DNA of 64,000 nt, from contig MU053884.1 of the NCBI GenBank assembly GCA_013239625.1, positions 62,001 to 126,000 of the forward strand, in the 5' to 3' direction. The stretch's first letter is position 1. Every line of letters starts with the position of its first letter. A model generated the notes under the pieces. The model was given only the letters and a program-made list of their open reading frames with translations, was not told where the DNA came from and made no database searches. This stretch comes from Lama guanicoe (Eukaryota). Below, one piece after another: positions 1 through 12,940 of this stretch. The translations under genes were made by a program, and so were the position numbers.

Positions 1-974
1 AGTTTATCAATATTGAAAAACAGGATCTAATAGATTATTGCATTTTTGAGACTCTTATAGGAATACTGGTTCTATTGCATATAAAGTTATGAACTTGGAG
101 ATGATTTATAAAAATTTAGAGAGAATTTTCATTAAGAGGCAGTATAGCTTCCAAATCACTGAAAAGAAAATTAACAATAAAAAAATTAATCAATCCAGGT
201 AATATGGAGTAACAGAGACCGTATTTACCATCCTAAAATAAACCACAAAATGGATAAAATATATGAAGCAATGATTTTTAAGACATGTGAAAACGATCAT
301 CCACTAGGACCTTTTTCCTGCCACCTCCATACCAAGGCTGCTAGGCCTCCTAATGCCATCACAAAGGATGTCCACCAGGAGGCGACATTGCCTCCCTCTG
401 CTTCTGCTGCAGAGACAGTCCTGAGCAGTCCTTTTCCAGGTTTTGGCTGGAAGCTCCCAGAAGTGCTCTCGTGGGTCTTTGTCCCTTTTAGCCACCAGCA
501 AAGGGATCAAGGATGAATAGAGAGCCTCCTTCCTCATCCAAGACCTAGGAACCTATCTGACTTCTGAGCAGCCCTTCACCCTTGTCTGCTGTCTGGTACT
601 CTCTGCTCGGTTTCCCGAGTCCCCGGCATGGGCATCCTGCACCCTTGCCACAGCCCATGAGAGTCTGTTCCCCCGCCAAGAGGCCACGCGTGATCGTGAG
701 CAGGGCTCCAGGCCTCTGGAGTAGTGCAGCTTGGACTGTGTCCTGGTCCTGGGCTCGTGAGTTTCATGCCCTTGGCTGAGTCAGTTAACATCTCAAAGCT
801 ACAGTTTCCTCATCAGTAAAATGAAGACATAATCAATATGGAAAAAAATGAGAATCTGAGGGGGACTAAATTTCTGGTGATTGAAGATTATTTTAATTTT
901 GATTTATACAGCAAAGGACATCATACAATTTTTACTACATAATTCTAAAGGACAGCTTCTACTATTAAAACTAA

Positions 975-1250
975 TGCATGCACGTACACACAAACACACG
1001 TGCAGACACACTGGATCTGCTCCACATACATCCCCACGTGCACACACACATGGATTCATTTACCACACACACACATCCCATACACACAACCACACATGTC
1101 CTCAGGCACACACACACACATAACATATAAAACCACATATATCCCCAGGCGCGCATGCACTCGCGCGCGCGCACACACACACACACAGTCATAGTCATGT
1201 ACCACACTCGTCCCCAAGTGCGCACATGTGCACACACACGTCATACACAC
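975..1250. repeat. Degenerate (CA)n/(CACG)n low-complexity microsatellite tract
   Basis: Many interrupted cacaca runs plus gcgcgcgcgcacacacacac; this produces the His/Thr- and Cys/Val-rich pseudo-ORFs in the track. Confidence 0.9.
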
Positions 1251-3604
1251 TTTGGCGTTATTCTAAATCAATTTACAATTGAGGGTCACAGTGTCCATTG
1301 TTTTATCCACTCAGAAGTTCCTGACTTTGGAGTGTGAAGCAAGAGCCCCTCCTCTCTGGAGATGGTCTTTACAACTTACAGTGTCAGTAGAGCCAACATA
1401 ACTGCTATGGACCTCTGGAAGTGCAGGGCCAGAGCATACCTGGGAGCTCACATCCAATACATGTAAACATGTTAAGTGCATAAGGTTCTAAACTGCTGCC
1501 TTTACAAATATACATTCATTATAAGGGGGAAGTCCAGGTTCAAATTTAGAATTCCCAGACACAGGGGAGTCCAGCAAAGAAAGTGAGCTTGTGGGGAGAG
1601 CTGATTCCCAGTCTCTGATCACTAGTCTGACCATTTTCTTCCCAATGCTGGGTCTATCCCTTGCCACAAGGGGCCTTGGATGTGCACAGGGGGACACTCA
1701 GAACTCACGTCCGGGCTCTGCTCATACCCTCCATGCAAACAGCTGCCCTTTGGCCTCTCTGTGAGTCCTGGGAATCTGAACTCTGGGGAGAGCCGGTGCA
1801 GGCAATAGAAATGGGTCAGGCTTAGGCAGGGCATTTGGGGTCCTGGGTTTCTAGAGCACGGGATGGAGCCAATGACCGTGTTCCCTTGCCCTGCTGACTC
1901 CACCCCATGGAGGGTGTGGCCAGAGGAAGTGTCAGGGCCAGAGGGACCCTCTGTAGTGCAGGACCCAGGGCAGCGGGTCCCCTTGCCGGGGTCTAAGGGT
2001 AGAAGACCTAAGGAGAGGTCTGAGGAGGCCGTAAGGTATCTTCATTGCCATTAATTAAAAAAAAAATAAAAGCTTACCACAGGCGTGGGTGGAAAGGGTT
2101 ATGTTAGAACAAGGGAAGGCACTTGCCAAGGTCTGGCCATAGACGGCTGGTGGGTTTGACAGGTTGATGAGGAACCAAGAGGCCGTTAGTCTCCACTGGG
2201 TCTAAACACCTCCGGAATTCCTTCGGGTGAGACACAGAACTCTCTTAAGTTGTTATACTCTTCATGGTGATCCATTCAACTCTCTCCCCATTCTTGATAT
2301 GAAAGCACGATAAACACAGGCCAGAAACTCATCAGCCTGTTGGTTGGTTCACTATCCGTCTGGTGCCCCCTCTTGTAGGAGCCCTTATCACATCACCCAG
2401 GGCTGATCTGGCTCAGGATTATAACTGATTTTCCGCAGGTGGCATCACTTGCTGGTGACAAGAAGGAGGCATGTTAGCCACCTCCAAAACACTGAGTCTT
2501 CTCCTGGGAGGAACCTGCAGACCCCCAGTCCAGCCTCTGCACCACGACGCTCCTTAGTACCACTCACGTCTTGCTGTCCTGGCCTCTAGCTCTGGCCAGA
2601 ACCTAGCTGGATTGTCGATAAATGTCACCCATACACCACGTCTAAGCTTGAGGTCCAGATGTGACCATGTTTCTTATTTTATTCCCATCAATGGATTGTT
2701 TGAGCTTTGTGTAATCGTGTCGGCAGGAAGGCCAGTACCGCACTCTTGAGGCATCCCCGAGCCACCTCTGTGTATAACTGTCCTAGCGCCCCAGGGGATT
2801 GGGTCTGAAGCCTGGCACTCAGACACGATGGCACCTGGAGAGACAGGAATCCACTCCTGCTGTGGCTTCTGCTGAGGCTCGGTGTGGCCATAAAAATGGA
2901 TCCCACAAGCCCTGACATCACTTGACTCTCCGCAGGGATGCTCCCACACTGCCACGTTCCCCCCAGAGACCGAGGGCTTTCTGCTTGTTCCCGAAGGCCC
3001 CACCCCCGTGGGGACACTGGGTCCAGTGGAGCATCCAGCCTGGCTCCCCGCCAGCCCTTAGGGCCTTGGTGGGGCCTGGAACATAAACTGCCCTCCCCTT
3101 AGTGGCCTGTTTGTCCTTTCCAGCCAACAGACCTAGGTCATAAGCACTTTAACTCACCTGAGAGTGTTTTCCTCACTTCAGGGGCAGTGAGGTCTGGGCT
3201 TCTTCACACTCCAAGAGCCCCAGGTCTGGATGCAGACAGCCTGGCTCTCCCCTCAGTCCTGCAGGTCCCAACCACACCTGCTGCTGGTCACTGTGTCTGT
3301 GCTGTGTTTGCTTCCAGGACAAGAGGTGCACTCTGCCCCCGCCCCGCCACCACCAGCAGTGGCAGAGGCGGCGGACAGGCAGGTGAGCTGGGGCCTGAGA
3401 CTGTGCCCACAAATCAGTGCCCCAGAGGCCGCTGGTGACTAGAGGGGCCACGGGGCAGAAGCCAGCATGGGAAGGGAGGAGGAGGAAGGTTCAGGACAAG
3501 GAGATGAAAGGGGGAACAGATAGCACTGTGAGGACCTCGACCATGAAAGGGAAGAGAAAAGACAGTGACAGCTGGAGCAGTGTCGGCGTTAAAAGCTGCG
3601 GGCT

Positions 3605-3900
3605 TTTTTATTTAATTTTATTAATTACCATTACATATAGTGACATATTTTTGTTTGATTATAGATAATGTGCTATGTCATATAACAGGATATAGCATGT
3701 TATTATTTATAAATAATACTTAATAGAAGATATACTAGCATATTATGTTCTGTTTATTATCAGATAGTATATAATACATATGTAGGTATTTATATACATA
3801 ATATATAATTCATGCATCTATAGAATATATAACACATAACAATGTAGGATTATGATTAATATATTTCATAACAAGTTTATATTAAAATAATGATGTAATG
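3605..3900. repeat. AT-rich low-complexity tract
   Basis: TA-rich degenerate sequence (tatatacataatatataattc...) with very low GC. Confidence 0.75.
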
Positions 3901-5819
3901 TTACCCATTGTATGTCTTGGTTCATGGCACATTCTCATCTTAGGTGCCTGTCAGAGGTATTTATGTATTGAACTTAATATTACAAGAAACAGTTATGAAC
4001 GTATCACCCAGCATCTTAACAGGAATATTGACAGTGACATACTGTGTCCTCTTTCCCTTTCCTGCTCTTGGCCTCTTCTCACAGGAAGTAACCAGCATCC
4101 AGAATCCTGGCTTACACTTGCCTTGTGTTACTTTCACACACACAACATTTAAGATCAGTTAAAACAAATGAACTGCATGTACATGCAACGAAATGGATGA
4201 ATCATACACTGTATGTTAAATTGAAAAATTAAGCCCTAGAAGGTAGCCTATAGTGTGCTATGCTTTTAACTGTGTATATATATGTCAACTAAACTCACTA
4301 AATTAAGAACAACTACAGCTAGAGTCCAGGTGGGAGAGGGACAGATAAAAGGTGAGGTGAGCAGATTTGCTGCAGGTGAGCGAGTTCCTTTCCAGTAACA
4401 TGCCATTCTCTCTGAAGCAGGAGGCAAGGCCATCTGCTGGGAGTCAGGGAAGAGACAGAGGGTAATTTAGAGGTGTGCAGAGAGTAGAGAATGTTGACAC
4501 CAGTGAGTGATAATTGGGGAAATATGCTCACAAGAGAAATCCTGTAGAATTGCCTGGCAGTGGCAACATGGTGGGCACTGATTTGTAGTCTTAGAAATCT
4601 GTGCTGGGAGAGCCTGCTGCCTGCAGGTTCAGAACAAATAGAGCTGGGTGAACCGAGATGGAAGTCGTCCTGGTGAGGAACTGAAAGTATCAAGGGTCAA
4701 GGGAGTTTTGTTTGTCATAAAGAGAGTGCTGACTGTGGATGCAGAGATGGAAGTTGGGGAAGTGGAAGTAAGAGGAACATGGATAGGCAGGAAAGCAGAG
4801 GAGACAGCACATGATGCTCCAGTGAGGGTGAAGGAGGGCCAGGGAGGCTGGTGGAGAAGCAGCTGGATGGCTAGAGATGGGCACTTAAAGGAGAGAGACT
4901 GGAACTTGGGTGGAGACACGCCCGGCTATGAGCCCTGGGGTAGGGGGAATAGGGGATGGCTGGCTCAGGCTGATGGAGAAGAAGACCCTACAATGACCAT
5001 AGTGGGTGGTGGAGGGAGAATGAACATTGATGTCTTGTTGGTAGGAGGCAAGGCAATACAGAGATGGTGGTCCAGGTGCTCCTGACTGAGGCAGAAGAGC
5101 AGGGATGCCAGGGTGGCAGGCACTGCTAGGAAAGGATCTGGGTTTTCCAGGTGCTCCCACGAGAGGAGGAGCAATGATCTGAAGGGGGAAAGTGAGCACA
5201 AGGAGGCCAACCCAGGATCCTGATCAAACAGGGGGTATGAGGGGGCAAAGCATCAACTCCAGAGATGGTTGCCCAGGAAGCAGAGACCACGGGTGAAATG
5301 AGGGGACACTCAGAGAAGAGAGGGAGAAGAGTCTTCTGGGTTTAGGGGGAAGAGAGGCTCCAGGACAAAGGAGCACAGAGGCACAGTGATGAGGATGGAC
5401 TGCCTCTATGGTGACACTACAGGGATGGCTGGATCTTTGTCCTGAGGGCTTAGTTTGGGGGGGCTACTAGCCTTATGAGGACCCCCATCTCAGCAGCCTG
5501 GACAGAGGCTCCCGTTCCTGAGAGATGTGTGGCCACCACTGTTCTCAGAGGGGCTCTTCCTCCATCTTCTATCAGACTTTCCAGCCCAGCCCCCGACCGC
5601 AAGTGAGGGAGCTGGGGCCTCGCAGCTGCTTCCCGTGGAGGGACACAGGCTCCTCGGAGAAGCAGGCAGATCTTACTTTTCTCCGTAACCCAGGGCCTAA
5701 CAAAGCGCCAGCCTATGGGTGGGCCATTCAGAGGCTCGGATACTTACTAAATTAACTCAAAGCAGAAGAAAAGCAGAGCTGGAGGAAGTGACCACTGAGC
5801 TCACAGAGTTCATTGCCCC

Positions 5820-6060
5820 CACCCCCATTCTACAGATGAGGAAACAGAGACCAAGCGGTGAAGCAGCTTTGGCCAAGATCACGCTGCTCCTTAATGCTGG
5901 CCTGTGTCGGGCATGCCAATTGACAAGCTGCAGTGAAGGGCCTGAGTGGGGGCTCTGGGTCCAGACAGCTTGGGTTCAAGTCCCAGCTCTGCCATTTACT
6001 AGCTGTATGGTTAATGACAGTCCTTCCTGTAAAGTGCCACCTCATTGGGTTGTCATGAAC
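5820..6060. mobile_element. MIR SINE fragments
   Basis: MIR-like strings cccattctacagatgaggaaacagagacc...ccaagatcac and gggttcaagtcccagctctgccatttactagctgt. Confidence 0.75.
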
Positions 6061-7179
6061 ACAGAGTTCCTGGAACAGCAGGACAGACTTCTGAAAGGGT
6101 TTGTTGTTGCTTTGCTTACTATTATCACCAAGTGAACCCTGAAATGAAGAACAAAGACAGCAAGAATTTTTATTTTAAAGGATTTTAAAATCCGATGATG
6201 AATGTTTGATTTAGTCTATTCAAGTTTGCATTTGACCCTTATTAACAACTACACAAAGGATGACTTTTGAGAAAATGTTGCTTCGTGTCTTTAATTCTCA
6301 CTAACGACACAGGCTATTCAACAGAAAGCAGCATTTTCCAGGAAGAGGGACAAAAAGTTAACAATATCTCGGTACCTCTCAGTTCCCAGCGAGTTGGTTG
6401 TGACCTGTCAACCCAATTTGGGAAAGTGCCGGCTCCTCCTGGGCTCGCTGCACTGCCCCGTGGTTTCCAGGGGATGCAGTACCCCCAATCGAACCCAGTC
6501 TCTTGGTTCATATCTTTGCTTCAGATCCCTCAAGGACTGCCCATGCTCCAGGGCCCCATCTGCCCTGCCAGCCTCACCTGCTGGACTCCAGGACACCATC
6601 CTGCGTCTCAACCATCCTCTGTTCCTATGTCCGCCCCACTACTCTTCACTTTGTCCTTCAAATGTGGGCTCCTGTGGCTTGCCACCCAGCAGGGGTCTCC
6701 CTGTCCTCCACCTCGGGTAATTGCATCATCTTGCAAGGTACCTAGCGAACCCGCATGGAGGCAGGAAGAATACAGAACAACAGGTGCTCAGAGGGGCTGC
6801 CTTTCCCACTGTAGGGGCCCTGGAGAGCTTTCTCCTGGATGGTTATTCACAGGCGCTGAAGCTGTGGAATCTCGATCTCACCAATTTAAACGGCATCATC
6901 ACTAATTACAAAAGCAATCATTTTTTCAGTAGCAAAAGGAGAAAAGACTTCGTGCTCCACACCTCCAACTTTCTTCCTCTGCCTTCAGAGGTGATTCTCA
7001 CTCTCTGGGCAAGGGTAGAAAGCAACACACAGAATATTATTTTTCAATGTACTTTTCCCACTCTGAAGATTGCTTTCCCAGAACCGATGAAGGTTAGGAT
7101 GGCTTGGCTTCCCTGGACTGAGGATTCAGAGGCATAGTGGGGAGGGGTGAGAGGAGATAATTCAGCATTATTGAACCAA

Positions 7180-8765
7180 ACAGAGACATTAAAAGGTTCT
7201 ACTCTTAACAGAAAGGAAGCAGGATGCTATAGAAATGGGAAAAGCATAGTTGGAAATGCAATAATGAGTTACATGAGAATAAACATGAAGATGTAAAATA
7301 GAAAAAGTACATCAAAATACAAAAATGTGGGAATGGGAGACAGTAGCAAGAAAAGATGGATTTTTTTTCTCTTTCTTTTTTTTTTCTCATTATTCTTAGG
7401 ATGTGTTGGAACCTACGTGATTATCAGTCTAAAGGAAATAGATATGATAATGGGCTGATATACTTGAAAATAAGGTAACCACAAATCAAAAGCATACAAC
7501 AGAGTCGCAAAAAACAAAACCCAAAACGAAACAAACTCAAAATGGCTTAAATACTTAAACATTAGACAAGACACTATAAACCTCTCAGAAGAAAACATAG
7601 GCATAACATCATTTAACATATATCTCACCAATGATTTCCTAGGGCAATCCACCCAAGCAACAGAAATAAAAGCCAAAATAAACAAATGGGACCTAATAAC
7701 ATCTATCAGATTTTTCACAGCAATATAAACCATAAACAAAACAAAAAGACAACCTATGGAAAGGGAGAAAATATTTGCAAAAGATGAGACTGAGCATGGC
7801 TTAACTTCTAGACTATATAAATAGTTCATACAACTTAATAAAAAAATTAACAACCCAATCCAAAAATGGGCAGAACAACTAAACAAGTAATTCTCCAATG
7901 AAGATATACAAATGGCCAATAGGCATATAAAAAAAGGCTCAATATTGCTAATTATCAGAGAACTGCAAATCAAAACTATGTTATCATCTCACACTAGTCA
8001 GAATGGCCACCATTCAAAAATCCACAAAACATAAATGCTGGAGAGGCTGTGGAGAAAAGGGAACCCTCCTACATTTTTGGTGGGAATGTAGTTTGGTGCA
8101 GCCACTGTGGAAAACAGTATGGAGATTCCTCAAAAGACTAAAAAAGACTTATCATTTGATCCAGCAATCCCACTCCTGGGCATATATTCAGACGGAACCT
8201 TAATTCCAAAAGATACCTTCACCCCAATGTTCAAGCATTTTTTGGCCAAGACATAGAAGCAACCTAAACGCCAACTGAAAGATGACTGGATAAAGATGTA
8301 GTATTTAGATATAAAAGAATATTACTCAGTCATAATAAAGAAAGAAATAATGCCATTTACAGCAACATGGGTGGAACTGGAGATTATCACACTAAAGTGA
8401 AATAACTTAGACAGAGGAAGACAAGTATTACATGATATCACTTATATGTGGAATTTTAAAAATGTTACAAATGAACTTATTTACAAAACAAAAACACACT
8501 CACAGAATTGGAAAACAAACTTAGGAGTTTGGGATTAACAATTACAAACTACTATATGTAAAACAGACAAACAACAAGGATTCACTGTAGAACACAGGGG
8601 AAAATATTCAGTATCTTCAACCTATATCGGAAAAGAACCTGAAAAAGAACAGACTATGTATATGTACAACTGAATCTCTATGCTCTATACCTGAAACTAA
8701 CAAAACATCTGTATATCCGAAACTAACAAAACATTGTAAATCAACCACATTTCAATTAAAAAAAA
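7180..8765 (+). mobile_element. LINE-1 remnant: probable ORF1 end/inter-ORF spacer joined to the 3' end of ORF2, 3'UTR and poly(A)
   Basis: From about 7535 it translates as the L1 ORF2 C-terminus (KWLKYLNIRQDTINLSEENIG...; ORF 8003-8203 [32 protein letters not shown]). It is followed by a typical 3'UTR and an A-tail ending at 8765, and carries stops and frameshifts. Confidence 0.9.
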
Positions 8766-9230
8766 GATAAGCTCTAAATAGCTTTATTCAAGAAAATCTT
8801 CAACTCTTACCTCTTACAGAAAGTAAAATGGGAAACTTAAGCAGGACCAAATTATACTGAATGAGAGATTACATACCTTCTCCAGCACGTGGCCCATGCT
8901 ACACACACATCGTGTTTTCCTTCAGGTAGAATGGCCCTTACTGCCCAGGGAGCGAGTCCTGCTGGGACAAGGCCTCTGTGGCAGTGACCTCCTTTTCACT
9001 GATCCATATCACCAGGAGGCCAGGGTTTTAAGAGGGGAAGGAACACAGAGCTCATACACTTCAGATCTATTCCCTGAGAAAAACTATGGAAAGAACAAAT
9101 TCACCTGCAGTGCGCAAAACATGAGCAGGGCCCCTAAGCAGACTGACAAGCCCAAAGCAAGACGGCCGGATGTTCACATCGGAACCAGAACAACAACCTT
9201 CTGGCCCCAGTTAAACCATCACCATCTCAC

Positions 9231-9481
9231 CTGCAATGAACTATTCGTACTCAGTGTCAGGGAAGTTTCTGCTGAGACTTGAGAGATCAAAAAAGTCAGA
9301 CCAGGGAATGCGGACCCGGTGGATATCCAGGCTCTGACAATGTTAGATACGGCCCCAAAGGGGTAGCACCAGCACCGACTCCTCCATTTTCAGCAGGGTC
9401 TTCAGGAGGAAGGCGATGTGGATACAGACGCCCCTACAGAAGCTGAAGCCCTCTGGAGGGTTGACTTCACACAAAAGGCAC
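9231..9481 (-). pseudogene. POFUT2: POFUT2 (protein O-fucosyltransferase 2) exon 2, disabled duplicate
   Basis: The minus strand has ccctgccag|GTGCC...TTCATTGCAG|gtgaga, a 251-nt exon. It translates [81 protein letters not shown]. Recalled human sequence: [83 protein letters not shown]. Two in-frame stops are present. Confidence 0.93.
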
Positions 9482-9748
9482 CTGGCAGGGAGCAAAGGAG
9501 ATCGGGTCTTCAGGGCCAGGCCTCTGCACAGGAATCCCGGCTTAGATAGAACAGATACAACGGGAATCCCTGTACAGCACATGGCCTAGACTCACGACAC
9601 CTTCAGCAGCTTCTGGCTTGTATAGTGGAGGCATTGCCCACCCGCCTCCATGTGGCCAATTACTTCGAGTCCAGAAGCACATGCTGAAGACATCTTGGCA
9701 TCAGTCTAACAACGCTAAGCACCTGACTAGTACCTGAGCACCCGTTCT

Positions 9749-10218
9749 CCAGGGGCTCTCAAGCTTCTTGTTCTACAGACCCGTGTACACTCTTAACTAC
9801 TGAGGACTACAAAAGGCTGCTGTTTATGTGGGTTAAATCTATCAATATTTCCTGTGTTAGAAGTTAAATAAGAACTTTAAAAAATGCTTATGAGTTCACT
9901 TAAAAATACTAACAACCTACTACATGTTACCATTAATACTCTTAAACAAAATATAAGTATATTTTTCTAAACAAAAATCGTTAATGAGAGGAAGAGAAGT
10001 GATTTTAATTTCTGCAAATCTCTTTTGGACTGGTGAGATCTGAATTCTTTCTGCCTCTACATTCCCTGTTTTGTGATATCACAGACCAGGTTTTCCCTGG
10101 AAAACCCCACAGGAAACTCGGGAGTGCAAGAGTGTGCAAAAGGCAGGTGACATACCGGCGTTTCTACGAAAATAGTCTCGCATCTCAGGGGCATCGGACA
10201 CACTTTGATAACTGCTGC
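9749..10218. mobile_element. hAT-Charlie-type DNA transposon remnant in POFUT2-derived intron 1
   Basis: Ends resemble hAT termini (cagggg ctctcaagc ... cacactttgataactgctg). The internal tacactcttaa...tgtttatgtgggtta..tctatcaatattt resembles Charlie4-type elements (recalled). Confidence 0.6.
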
Positions 10219-10599
10219 CCTACCCTAGGCGAGACTCTCCTACACAAGAGCCAGGCAAGGGTCCTGGCTTCTTTAATGAGTTACCAAGGCCACACCCCTC
10301 CCTTCTCTGTGTTAATGTTTCCCACAACCTCCATTACTGCAGTTGAGGTAATCCTCAACTGGGGCCTCTAATCCCAGAAGTCAGCCAACCTTGAGAGGGA
10401 GGGCCCATCTACCATCCCTACACCCTGCACAGTATATTTTGAGTCAAGCCCTAGATAACTGCTAATCAGCACTGACCCTTGTCTTATTCCTGAGGTTTAT
10501 CAAAAGAGCCAAAATTGGGATGGAACTGAAATTTCCCTGCAGATAAACAAGGCTGATAAACCACCCTATTCCAACATCTGATTCTGGGGCTCTTCAAAA

Positions 10600-11410
10600 C
10601 CCGGGTAAGGCCCCGCTTCATAAAAGACAGGTCCTCCGCCTGCCCTTCCCGGTGGGTTCTGGGAGGCCGCGGCCACCCAGGGCTACCCGGTCTCGCTGTC
10701 GAGCCCCAGCGCCCGAGGGAGAGGAAAGCCCGAGGCTGTGCCCCAGCACTGTCCCCCCCGCCCGAACCCGCTCCCCTGCACCACAGCCCCTCCCCGGCCG
10801 CCACACCAACCTGGATCCCACCCCGGTCCATGTCCACTGGCCCTGCCAACGGCGCGGCCGTACGTTTACGGTCTGTGGGACACCGCCCGAGACAGGATGT
10901 CGGTCGCCGACTGACCAGGCCAGAACTAGTCGCCCAGCCGAGCAAGCCGCCATCCCCAGCAGCAAGCAGCGCCATGGTCCCGGGCAGCTGCACAGATCGG
11001 AAGCCCGCTGCCCGCCCCAGAAGCGCACACCGGCCCACTCGGAGCATGGCGCCTGTAGCCATGGCAACGCCGCGGGGCCCTCCCCTAGTGCTTGCGTCTG
11101 TGTCCTCCCGAGGCTAGACGTGCGAGGGCAGAACTTGCGGAGCCAATGGGAGCCAGGGTGTGGCCAGGATGGGGGTGGGGGGAGGCTTATGGGGCAGCTG
11201 GGCCGGGCTGGGGCAGGCGGGGCCGCACGGATGTCCTCACCTGCAGGTGGCGCTGGCCTGAGGCTGGGGCAGTGCTGGCACCAGTGGGCGGGGCAGCGGG
11301 GTAGCGGGGCAGGAAGCAGCGTGGCAGGGGGCAGCGAGGCAGCGGGGCACCCTCACCTGTCCATGTGCAGGACTCAGCCTGGGCTCCGCGGCCTCCGCTT
11401 ACACCGGACC
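10600..11410. promoter_or_regulatory. CpG island / promoter copied with POFUT2 exon 1
   Basis: GC- and CpG-dense. Contains an RFX X-box-like GTAGCCATGGCAAC at 11055-11068 and a CCAAT box (agCCAATggg) at 11143-11147, upstream of the minus-strand ATG at 10975. Confidence 0.8.
10870..10975 (-). pseudogene. POFUT2: POFUT2 exon 1 coding part, frameshifted duplicate
   Basis: Minus strand: accATGGCG... to ...TTCTGGCCTGGTCAGTCGGCGACCGACATCCTGTCTCGGGCGGTGTCCCACAGACC|gtaaac, reading FWPGQSATDILSRAVSHR (recalled human FWPGQSAADILSGAASRR). The signal-peptide part is shortened, and the ATG is out of frame with the FWPGQS segment. Confidence 0.88.
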
Positions 11411-12399
11411 TGGACCCAGGCTGCCGTTAGGCAAGATAGAGGACTGAGCCTAGGCACGCATGGCTGGCCAGTAAGGGCATCTGAAGTGCAGATCCGCCAG
11501 GCCCGCTGCTGGCCTTGAATTCGCGCTGCTGGGCAGTTTCCAAGAAGATGGGATCTGTCCCAAGAGGGGAGGTAGGGCAGGGGTGCCAGATGCTGGGGTG
11601 GGTGCAGTCTTACAGGCAAGCCATGGTGAGAGGTTTCAGAGCAGCCCCTGTGTTTGAGGGGCTAGGAATTTGGGGTATGGGGTGGGGATGGTGTGTGCCA
11701 TGCTCTGTGGTCTCCCCAAGAACTCTCACACCCAAGCAAGGGACCCTGCTCCCTCCACCCTTCACTGCGTACCCTGCCTTCTCCAGCACCACCGCCCCTG
11801 CCCCCGGAGTATACCATGACCTCTTCCCACGCCGGGCACTGTGCCTGTTACAGGTACTGAGCTCCTGGTGGTTCCAGCCCAAGGGTGGGGGCTGTATCTG
11901 ACCAGTTGGGACGCCTGGAGCCTTGTATAAAACCTCAGACCATAATGCAGGCGTGCACAGAGGCCCCTCAAACAGGATTCCCTGCATGGCCCTCCCCACC
12001 ACAGACCCACAGCGCAGCTTCCACACCAGGCCAAGCCTGCCGGAAGACCGCTGGTCCCTCTCCTGTCCCTGATCAAGAGTGCACCGCCCACACTGCTGGG
12101 TATTTAGGGGGCCTTAGAAGAGCAGCTGGTATTTTTATAGGCAAATATTTGCTCTTTTGGGAAGATTTCAGTGCAAAGGGATGTAGGGTATGCTTTATCT
12201 GTTGCCCTGGAACTAGTGACTAGGATGCAGACTTAAGTCAAAGCAGGTTTTAGAGAGAGCCGCAAAATATCTAACCCAAAGTTCACTGTTCCCCAACAAA
12301 GGCAACCCCACCTGGCGGGTGGGGTCCTGGTCCCTCTTTCTGGAGGTTGGGGTTTGCACCCTCCAGCTGGGACAGAGCCCAAAACAGCTCTGAACACGC

Positions 12400-12940
12400 T
12401 CCAACAGGCTTTCCCAGCACAAAATGCCTTTATTTTGAATCTGGGTGAAGGAACCAGCTGAGAAATCTGAGTAAATCTTCCTGGGTGTAACCATGCCTTT
12501 TATGCTGAATGAAAGAGCGGCTCTCCACATGCTAACATCTTAGAACTGAGTGTGTGTCTAAGCCTTCATGCATGTAGCATGCTGGGAACAGCGTTTCATG
12601 GTTAGGGAAATTATATAACTTACATGTGTATGGGGAAGCCCTCACTCCAATAGGCTTTTCCTACGCAAACTGCCTTTATTTCGAAATTGGCTCTTGCTGA
12701 GAAATCTTGGTAAGTGTTCTTAGGTGTAACCATGCCCATTATGCTGGATGAAAGAGAGGCTTTACACTTACTCACATTTCAGAAATGAATGTGTTTTGAA
12801 GCCGTCATTCATGTAGCGTGTTGGGAACACAGAGTTTCGTGGTGAGAAGAACTATGTAAACTACATGTCTATGATGAAGCAATTGCTCGAACTGGGTATT
12901 CCAGCGCATACTGCCTTTATTTCAAAACTGGCTTCTCAGA
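12400..12940. repeat. Tandem repeat, ~245-bp unit, about 2.2 diverged copies; satellite-like
   Basis: tgcctttattt recurs at 12425, 12671 and 12912 (periods 246 and 241). The motifs gctgagaaatct, ggtgtaaccatgcc, atgaaagag and catgtagc.tg.tgggaaca are each duplicated. Confidence 0.85.

Noticed and set aside
6190..6290. C/D-box snoRNA (gATGATGA at ~6193)
   Set aside because: No D box (CTGA) or terminal stem at a suitable distance.
7413..7973. 186-aa hydrophobic minus-strand ORF
   Set aside because: It is the antisense reading of L1 ORF2.
10484..11518. 192-, 149- and 288-aa overlapping ORFs
   Set aside because: These are by-products of the CpG island. The real homology (POFUT2 exon 1) is a short spliced segment in a different frame.
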